From NCBI GenBank assembly GCA_028023455.1, contig JAQFVV010000007.1:3162001-3226000 (forward strand): a stretch of DNA of 64,000 nt, in the 5' to 3' direction. This stretch comes from Epiperipatus broadwayi (Eukaryota; Animalia; Onychophora). A program made the position numbers and the translations under genes. The notes beneath the pieces are model-generated. The model was given only the letters and a program-made list of their open reading frames with translations, ran no database searches and was not told where the DNA came from. This document shows, in pieces, positions 54,565-64,000 of this stretch (within the stretch, counting starts at the first letter, position 1; each line of letters begins with the position of its first letter).

Positions 54565-57500
54565 TGAAACAGGAAGATTGCTCTGCAAGTCTTCGTTTCA
54601 CCTTTCTCTTACATTTCACCTACCCTTATACCTAAATTCGAATCCCAAATCGTTCGTAGGGTCTCTGTACGGCCATTTATATACTAAAATCCCGCCTAAA
54701 ATAAACCACGTAGGCATTATTACTCGTGGAGTCCAATTTTCAACCCTTTATTTTTATTGATATATAAATGTCGAGTATGTGCATGTTTACATATTCATTT
54801 AAAAGGTTATATAGGTAAAACTACACACAGACTACGATGATAACTGTTAAATATTAATATCAATCATTGGAATTATATTATTGGATTGTGGTTGTTGAGT
54901 TCATTTATTTTAAAAATATTGTGTTGCAATATTTATTTGCTATTGTAGGTAAAATAATAATTATTAAAAGTAGTTTATAAACGGATTCATGCAATTACAA
55001 TCTAAATGTGAAATAATTTAATATTTTCTAAAATTATAAAGTTCCCGCCATTGAAAATTATATAAATATAAAATAAGGCTAGGTTGAGAATATAATAGAT
55101 TTAAAGTAAAACATTTTGGATTATAAATTCACACTTCGTATGTCTACTTAGGAATTTCCAATTAGCAAAAGTCGTCAACAGAATGAAATAAATGTTTTAA
55201 TCTTCTTTCAATCTGAGCATTTACTGGAATTTATAATTGTAAACTAAAAAAAAACCTTAAAATGGATTCCTTCTGATGTTCAGATAAGAAATAACTAATT
55301 GATAAGAATGCAAAAGGTTAAAGGTTTGTCATGCCCCAAGGCAGGTTCTTTTATAAGATAAACAGTCTATATTGAATGTTTTTTTTTTTGTTTAAAGGAG
55401 GGGAAGAAACAAAAGCGGATTCGGATTCTGATGCTGTTTTCTGCTGTTGGATTTTTGCGTTTTGATTTTATTTTCTGAGGTTATAAATTTTTTTATTCTG
55501 AGATCGGACGGTCTGAACTATTATTTTCGGTATGCTGATCCTGATGTTTTGCTGACCGACCATCCGTGACTTAAATAATCCGCTTTCAAAAAAATGTACA
55601 AAATGCTGACCTATCATAGAACCGCCAATATGACTGAGTAGGGTCGGCACCGTGGCTATTTTCCTTTCGGAAATAGCTGGCCGCTGCCGATGTACCATCT
55701 GACGCATCACCAATATGCCTTAAGGAACCGCCTATGCTGCTGCAAACAGAGACTGAATTAACATGCTGCTAAATCTTATCCACTCCTGAAATGTGCTCCA
55801 GTTCCAACCACCAAAGCAACTGAAAGGTAACAAAATTAACCCAAGAGCTCTTGTGATCTAAAACCCGCTATAGCAAAAACAAACTCCCTTTTTCTCGCCA
55901 CACTTATTATCATGTATGTTTTAAAAATGTATATTTAAATTTATTGCTCGATCTAAACCTTGGGTTAATATCAAATTTAAATTGTTTTATTTGCGTATTT
56001 TATGGGCTTGCATAGCATCAACCGAGTGAAGCAAATCTTAATTAATGATACTCCCCATTCCTTATAAAGAATGTAATTTTACGTTCATGAGTCCCTCCCT
56101 TAAATGAGATTTAGCAAGCCGCTCGTTCGATGACTATATTATTTTCTTTATAATACCTAGATTTGATTCATAATCTTCCAGGATGTATGCGAGGTGTGGG
56201 AATAACTATTGGCAGATGTGGGAGTGCGTGGGTTAATTACATTTTACTTAAATTCTCGCACTCACACCGTCCTTTTTATGTTAAACCCCATTATTTGTTT
56301 TAATTCTGAGTTTGGGAGAGTGTAGACGCTTTTCATCAATGCAGTGAATTGCTTAAGTGCCCAATCTTTCGTTATGTCTTCCTTTTTTTTTGAATCGATT
56401 ATATATATATTTTAGTGTTGCTGGCAAGGGTATTCGATGTTGAGATCACTTTGTTCTTTAAAAGGGCTTTAAACGGCCAAGTCCGTTTCCCCTTTACTTC
56501 TTCCTGCGGTTTCCAGTCAATGTGTGTACCAGAGCGTCACATCTGGGGATGCTGACGCAGTTCTTCGCAGCCATATGCTAGCATACTCCGATCTTTAGGG
56601 CTACAGTCGAGACCAATGTGGGGTGCAACATATGCGTCTGATTTTATGATTTATTTCTTTATTGTCGTCACAATGTTCCTGTAGTTTAAATGGACTACCA
56701 CCCTCCATCGTTTCCTAAACCTTGCGAGTACCACTGAATCCCTTTTTAAGTACTTTAAGATAATATCATACTCACACATATATTTCCGCACTAAGCAAGT
56801 CGCTGCTGCCAAGCTCATTGGAGCCGCTCTGCATTTCTTCTGAAGTCAGCCTTTATCGTAAAACTATTTACTATCTTTTATTATAAATAATTCCAGTACT
56901 TTTATTCTTGGGCTTCGCATGTATTCAAGGTTTAGTAGGGCACATTCGTAAGCGATAATTGACCCAGGTTATAGATTAACGAGTAAAATGATTTAATCAA
57001 TTGTAGTTAACCATTTGACGCCACTATTTAATAAATAAATAGTGCCAGAAATCATATTTAGCCACTTAATAAATCATGTTAATTTAATCAATTCTTTACG
57101 TTAGTGTTTATTTTCTGATTCATCTCATTGTCTCGTATTGTCTGGGTTATACACGTATCTATTAAGACTTTCCAAATGCTAGCTGTTAATTTATTTATAA
57201 ATCTCACGTAGTCCCTTCTCTCTCTCTGATAACCGCGGCCTGAAAAGATGTTGCTATTGTGATGGCGGGTTCGGGCTCCATCGTATTTGGTTGCGCAGTC
57301 GATTTGCTATATTCGAATCCGGTATGACAGGCCCTGAACCCACTTGTGGTGCTGCTTTTCGAGTGTGGTGGAGAAACTGTGCAACTTGTTTATGAAATGT
57401 GCGAATTCTGACCGTTACATAGTAAATTTTTTTTTTGAGACTGTCGCCTTAACGTGGAGCCACGAGATAAACACCCACATTCCCTGAGTAATTTTTTTTT

Positions 57501-58135
57501 TCCCACTGTTGATATATATTATATTAGACATGCAAATCCCTTATAGTTGATATTTATTAATGTGTGCTTTATATCATATAAAATAATAGTGTAATTATTT
57601 AAATCTAAACACCGTAATGTATTTTTCCAAGTCCCGTGAGTAATTTTACTCTTAATAAGGATTAATTGTATATATTTAAGACTTCCTTGAAAATGCAAAA
57701 ATGTGTATATATGTTTTGTTTGACTCGGGCGTTTGAATATTAGTTAAAGATAGACAAACCGTTAAACTTGCTGTAGTGCGTTGCGAGCTGATCATGAGTT
57801 ATTACTGCACAATTGAAAGTCACGCTATCATAATGTTTATTATTTAAGAATTTAAAATCACGCTATAAATATGGCGTTGAATATCTAATGGTTATTCCAA
57901 ATGAATATTGTGACAAAATATATGTTGTAAAAGTTTTTTTTTCTCTTGTCTTTTCCTCCGTGAAATAAGTTAGAGCTCGAGATGCAATACAGTGAGAATA
58001 CTTCCGTATGATATAGCCTAGACAAATAGGCAACCTTACAATGTAATAAATACGCCTGTAGTTAAACGAAAGAAAATTTTTTTTTTGCAAGGCTAAATCT
58101 ATATAACAGTACGTATTTTATTTGAACTGATGACA
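54565..58135 (+). repeat. 5-prime LTR (apparent length 3571 bp)
   Basis: First 550 bp match 63451-64000 with 6 substitutions. Ends ...tgatgaCA immediately before TGGCGCCC. The 3-prime boundary is inferred from the PBS only. Confidence 0.7.
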
Positions 58136-58143
58136 TGGCGCCC
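58136..58143 (+). other. Primer-binding site, tRNA-Lys-like
   Basis: TGGCGCCC is complementary to the 3-prime end of tRNA-Lys. Only 8 nt match. Confidence 0.6.
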
Positions 58144-58782
58144 CGGGATAGTCTCTATAACTGAAACTATTTCTAAAATAAATTTTTGTCGTCAATTTAA
58201 AAATTTTATTGATGTAAAGCTTAAATGTATATATTATTTTGAGAATCAAAATGCGTTATAAATGTGTGACCAGACAGTCAGACGTGAAGGGATCGGGAGA
58301 TAAACAATTGTCCTAAAAATAAATGATCGTAAAAATATTTTGTTTTATATATTTGTATATATGACTTATATAGATGCGCATTTGTTTTAAATGAGGGAAA
58401 ATAAGATAAATATGCCCGGATCTAGCGAACATTATATAGATAAGAGTAGGAGATTGGAGAAATTAGATTCAAGTAATAACAAAATAAGCAGCATATTAAA
58501 TATATTTTCTTTAGATATTAGTACTAAAATAAGAGTTAATTGCAGCGGATGGAAAACTTTATATGATATAAATTTTATGACAGCAAAAATTAGTTAAGGC
58601 ATTGGTGATATAAGAAGCAGCAAATAGGCCAAAAGACCGGAAGGGAAATAGCCGATTAGCCATTAGTATAGAAAAATAAAAAGTAAACCACACTAAATCC
58701 TGAATCCAAATTAATATATATTTTGTAGTAAGTAATTCAGAATTGAATCATAGAAACCATCATCAGTAGAGACAAAAAAAAT

Positions 58783-59706
58783 ATGGAAGACCATCAATAC
58801 GACCACGGACCAGATGTAAACTCAGCCGAAATTGTGGAATCTCCACCAGCAATAGTAAAGCCTGAACAGAGATCTGGAATCAGCAATTTTGAAATTGCGT
58901 ACATAATAAACATGTGTAAGAAGAGTGAAGAACAAGCAAGGAGAAGAGAAGAGGAAGGACAAGGAAAGGACCAAGAACGCCAAAGATTTATTAAATATGC
59001 TTTAAAAGAAATACGAGATATAAAAAGGGAACAAGCAGCCCTTGCAATCCAGATAAGAACAGATGACACAGACCAAGATGCCAAGACCACCATCTGCAAA
59101 AGTGATGATTTCTCACCCACCCAGACCAGCAGCAATAGTACCATATATGCTGACATTAGCAATAGTCGCAAAATTATACCACTCGACATAGGTACTCAAA
59201 CTCAACTAGCCAAAATGATAACCGTTAAAATCTTCTGCGATGATATTGGAGAAAGTCCCCACCCGCATCTAAACAGTTTGAAGGATTTTTTTTACTTCTA
59301 TAGAGCCAGCCCACATGAACAGATTACAATAGCCAGTCACCACTTACGTAGTTATGCAGAGCACTGGTGGATTATGTTAACGGCCAAACCCGAAGACTTT
59401 ACAGCCTACACCAAAATCCTTTTAAAGTATTACTGGAGCGACAACCGGCAGAGTAAAATATTAAATGCAGTCAGCCAAGAACAATATGGTGGGACCATAA
59501 AGGAAACTCACACTCAATTCTTTATACGGCAGACCAATCGTTTGAAAACATTAAATGCATTCACATTTTCTGATGCCCATATCATCAGCACCATCCAACA
59601 AAATATGCCGATAGCCATCCAACAACTAATGATAGGGAGCAGAATTAGAAACGTGGAAGAGATGGCCGAATTCCTGACTACATTGGAAGTCAACCAATGG
59701 AACTGA
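58783..59706 (+). CDS. gag: Gag (retrotransposon capsid-like), 307 aa
   Basis: Long ORF following the leader, with HLRSYAEHWW...FTKILLKYYW-type retrotrans-gag pattern. The same frame continues past the TGA into the protease N-terminus. Confidence 0.85.
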   Translation: MEDHQYDHGPDVNSAEIVESPPAIVKPEQRSGISNFEIAYIINMCKKSEEQARRREEEGQGKDQERQRFIKYALKEIRDIKREQAALAIQIRTDDTDQDAKTTICKSDDFSPTQTSSNSTIYADISNSRKIIPLDIGTQTQLAKMITVKIFCDDIGESPHPHLNSLKDFFYFYRASPHEQITIASHHLRSYAEHWWIMLTAKPEDFTAYTKILLKYYWSDNRQSKILNAVSQEQYGGTIKETHTQFFIRQTNRLKTLNAFTFSDAHIISTIQQNMPIAIQQLMIGSRIRNVEEMAEFLTTLEVNQWN

Positions 59707-62700
59707 CACAAAAGGGACACCATAATCCCATGGCAAGCAGCCAAAGACCCGCATGGTCAGCATGTGCAAAATAAAATGAGAGATGGAAACCCCTCGGCCC
59801 ATCCTCATCATTCTCACCAGCTTATGGGAAGACCCCATCTAAGCAGTTGGAACCCGACCACAACGGTGATCCAAGAGGAAGACGCCCCATGGGGACTCCC
59901 CATTAGTCCGTGTCCAGTAGTAAACATTAAACTAGGAGCTACTGAGGTGGCCGCTCTAGCCAAGTTTCCTGTATTTCAAAGGGATGGGTGTTACACATAG
60001 AAAAATCTTGCCGTTATCTACCCAGATTGTCATTTCGTCCCATGCAGATGAAACTGGCCGACGGAAGGAAAACCAAAACAGAAAATTATCAGGTGTGGTT
60101 GGAGATAACGCTTGGACAAACAACGGTTGAACACGTATTTCTCGTAATCAAAGGATTGATACATGATGTTATCATAGGAGCTGATTTCCTAAACCAGCAC
60201 AAGTGTATCCTTGACTGTGGTGAAAATGTAATCACATTCCGGCAGGAGAAAATAAGCATGAACAAAATCAAGAGTTTACCTGAAATCCAAGTCCGATGCA
60301 TGGAAACCAGCATAAGTGAAGATCTTATTAAGAATAAAATCCAGGAATCGACTCTAGAAAAAATGAAAGAGCAGCCCCAATTACACCGGCTTTTGATGGG
60401 AAATCAGCAGATATTCTCCCCGATCCCAGAAGAAATTAAAGATTATGTCCACCGGATCTGTGTCAAGGAAGAAACGCACTTTCAAACCCGCACTTATCCC
60501 ATCCCTTTTCAATATCAAGATGAAGTGAACATGCAAATCCAACAAATGATTGAGTGGGGTGTAATCGAAAAGGGAGCATCACCCTATAACAACCCATTAG
60601 TGGTTATTCGAAAGAAAAATGGATCTATAAGACTATGTCTCGATGCAAGGAAACTCAATAGTATCACTATACCGGAAAGGGATATTCCCCCCCCCAGTGC
60701 AGGATATTTTCATGAGGCTTTCGAATAAAACTATCTTTTCCACGCTAGATTTGACTGCCAGCTATTGGCAGATGGTCCTACACCCCCAAGACAGGAAGTA
60801 CACAGCATTTCGCCATAATGGACAGACACACATCTTCAAGAGAGTGCCATTCGTACTAATTAATAGTGGTGCCGGGTTAATGAGGTGTCTAGACCAGGTG
60901 CTGTCAGATGATTTAAAAAAAAAATTGGTCTGCTATATTGACGATGTTGTCATTGCATCCCGGAGCACTCAAGAACATCTGGAACATTTGAAGCAATTCT
61001 TTACTGAATGTGCCCAAAAAAACATCACAGTAAACCTAGAAAAAAGCCATTTCGCCCTGAAAGAAATTACCTTTCTGGGACATATCGTCAATGGGCAGGG
61101 AATTCGTACCCACCCTGATAAAGTAGAAGCCATAGAGAACTTTCCGAGGCCAGCAAATAGAAAACAAGTGAGATCATTTTTGGGCCTTTGCAACTACTAT
61201 CACAAGTTCTACCCAGGGTTTGCGGCGGACACCTCTTATTTATTGGAACTATTAAGGTTACACCATCGGTGGGAATGGAGCGTCCAGCATGAACAAGATT
61301 TTAAGAAGATCAAAAGGAATTTTCTCCAGACGGTGATGCTGTGCTATCCTGACTTTACCTGCCCATTTTACCTCCAAACCGACAGCAGCAAGAAAGGCTT
61401 GGGTGTTGTGCTACTCCAAATTGATGAAGAAGGCAAGCATCGTGTCCTATATTTTAGTAGTCGCACCTTGAGAGGCACAGAAAAGAATTACACTGTTACT
61501 GAACAAGAAGCCTTAGCGATTGTATGGGCCTGTAGCAAGTTCAAACAGATTTTGTTGGGCTCAGAAGTAATCATCATCACGGACCACCGGTGTTTGGAAT
61601 TTCTAAATAAGAGCTATTTGACTAATGATCGTCTTGTGCGATGGAGTTTATCATTACAGAAGTTTCACTATAAGATCCTTTACTGCCCAGGGTCAGAGAA
61701 TGTGGTAGCTGATGTATTGAGTCGCCACCCTGTAGAAGTTGAACCATGCAACTCACTGATAGAGGAGCAACCACTGATAATCATGGCTAACGTATTGGAT
61801 CAGGACATTGAGCAGAAATTGAAAAACCTACAGTATTGGCATGGAAAACAGCCCCAATACCACAACATAATGCAAGAGGTGGAACGACAAGGGAACCCCC
61901 TTCAAGGCTGTACTATGGGCAGAGGAACCAAGAAATACAAAATACAGAATGGACTCTTGCTACAGAATACTGAAAAGGGCGATCGATCCTGGAGAATTCT
62001 CATACCGCCCGAATTGAGGGATCCCTTGATAAATTACATGCATAGATTGGTGGGACATTACAGTCCGAGGAAAACCGAAGAAGCCCTGAGACGGCAATTT
62101 CATTGGCCGCAGATGTATTATGATATCCTCCAAATCCTCCAAAAGTGTACTATTTGTGCGAGAAGCAAGCCTGCCAATAAAAATTTTAGTGGTGCTCCTG
62201 CCTCCATCATCCCAACAGGACCTAACAAGATATTAGCCATCGATCATTACGGGCCATTACCATCGTATCGGAAGTATAGATATCTTTTTGTCACATATGA
62301 CGTTTTTTCCAAATATGCTTGGGCGTACCCAGTCATAAGGGCAGATTCGAAAAGTGCCATTAGGGCATTACAGCAAAAACAGTTTGTAACCATTGGAAAG
62401 CCTGAAGTCATCCTATCCAACCATGGCTCAGCGTTTACCTCCCGAGTATGGCAGCACTGGATCAACGGGCAAGGCCTCAAGCATGTCATGACATCCATTC
62501 GAAACCCCCAATCAAACCCCTGTGAGAGGGTCATGAGGGAAATCAACTGGCTTTTCCGGACTTATATCCATAATGACCACCGGGGATGGGTGAAACAGAC
62601 TGTGAGCATTTTTCAATACATCAACGGAACTATAAACGAAGCGACTGGATTAACGCCAATCCGCCTCCATTTTGGTAAAACAGAACCGCCACTAATCAAA

Positions 62701-63054
62701 ATACCCTTACCAATAGATGACCCGAAAGTCAACACTAAGGAACATCAACGGGCAGTTCGCCATCGTTTACAAGCCCGAGAAAAAAGAAGACAGTTAAAGG
62801 AGATTGGGTCGTACCAATTCCAAGTTGGGGATCAAGTTTGGTTGAGACTTCCAAAGCCCAGCAACCGAGATCAAGGGAAATACAAAAAATTTTTCCCACT
62901 ATATCAGGGGCCATATGTAATAAAAGAAGCAAACAGACCAAATGCATATTTACTGAAAGATCAAGGAATTATCAAGGGAACGTACAATGCCAGAAGTTTG
63001 AAACCTATTTATAACCGACCCAACCATCACCCACCAGACAATGGAGCATATTAA
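59707..63054 (+). pseudogene. pol: Disrupted pol (PR-RT-RNase H-IN)
   Basis: DVIIGADFL (PR); SPYNNPLVVIRKKNGSIRLCLDARKLN, LDLTASYWQ, YIDD (RT); LQTDSS, EQEALAIV, TDH, ADVLSR (RNase H); HHCC finger, IDHYGP, SNPCER and GPY (IN). Frameshifts at ~59957 and in the C9 run at 60687-60695. Confidence 0.95.
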
Positions 63055-63450
63055 ATGAAGAAACTCATGGACATGGACCTGAATTCGGATGTGACAAAGA
63101 CAACAATGTTTTTTTTTCTCTCTGTAAGATTTAGAAGTTAGGTAGTTTCAATGTTATCCGTGCGTAAGTTAGTGATTAGTTTACCAAAATATTCGTTAGA
63201 GTTAAAACCCTAGTAAAAAAAAAAAAAAAAATTGATCCGGGTATATATATCTGTATATATTTGTATCTTTGAATGTATCCCCTCATTTAAAAAAAAAAAA
63301 AAACAAAGATGTATTGTTACCTTATATTTTTCAGATTTCTGTTGGGCTGACTTGGCTAGTCAATATTATTTGTTTGTCAAAGAGATTCCTCAGTAGACCT
63401 TTATGTAAGACTTTTTTTTTTAAAATTTTTTTTTCATAACTAAGGGAATG

Positions 63451-64000
63451 TGAAACAGGAAGATTGCTCTGCAAGACTTCGTTTCACCTTTCTCTTACAT
63501 TTCACCTACCTTTATACCTAAATTCGAATCCCAAATCGTTCGTAGTGTGTCTGTACGGCCATTTATATACTAAAATCCCGCCTAAAATAAACCACGTAGG
63601 CATTATTACTCGTGGAGTCCAATTTTCAACCCTTTATTTTTATTGATATATAAATGTCGAGTATGTGCATGTTTACATATTCATTTAAAAGGTTATATAG
63701 GTAAAACTACACAAAGACTACGATGATAACTGTTAAATATTAATATCAATCATTGGAATTATATTATTGGATTGTGGTTGTTGAGTTCATTTATTTTAAA
63801 AATATTGTGTTGCAATATTTATTTGCTATTGTAGGTAAAATAATAATTATTAAAAGTAGTTTATAAACGGATTCATGCAATTACAATCTAAATGTGAAAT
63901 AATTTAATATTTTCTAAAATTATAAAGTTCCCACCATTGAAAATTATATAAATATAAAATAAGGCTAGGTTGAGAATATAATAGATTTAAAGTAAAACAT
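63451..64000 (+). repeat. 3-prime LTR, truncated by the window edge
   Basis: Copy of 54565-55114, preceded by the PPT and TG. Confidence 0.97.

Larger units (their letters stand above)
54565..64000 (+). mobile_element. Ty3/gypsy LTR retrotransposon, Osvaldo/Woot-like, extending past the window end
   Basis: Two LTR copies, PBS-like site, gag, protease, RT, RNase H and integrase in gypsy order, and a short PPT aagggaa at 63442-63448. Confidence 0.97.

Noticed and set aside
58794-62947. Antisense ORFs overlapping gag and pol
   Set aside because: Shadow ORFs of the coding strand with no independent motifs.
63055-63448. env gene in the gypsy element
   Set aside because: Only ~400 bp of AT-rich, stop-filled sequence lies between pol and the PPT.

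Overview
AT-rich eukaryotic genomic DNA with short exons, long introns and dense transposon debris; the host exons look arthropod-like, but the species cannot be determined from sequence. Host-gene evidence: a clarin-family terminal exon (minus, ~8.9-9.2 kb), one Ephexin-family RhoGEF exon (minus, 45518-45610), an unassigned plus-strand terminal exon (3908-4030), and a CpG-retaining divergent promoter with a perfect RFX X-box (~41.55 kb). Mobile DNA: a young but disabled Ty3/gypsy element from 54565 to past the window end, with an apparent ~3.57-kb LTR (Woot/Osvaldo-like); an ORF1-only, poly(A)-tailed L1/Tx1-type element lacking ORF2 (50.1-53.0 kb); a decayed piggyBac nested in a CR1-type LINE; RTE and other LINE fragments; several TIR elements, two of which carry a tRNA-like Pol III head (one also with a hammerhead-like core); and a 327-bp-arm near-perfect inverted repeat. 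All alignments and mismatch counts were done by eye; no database searches were run.
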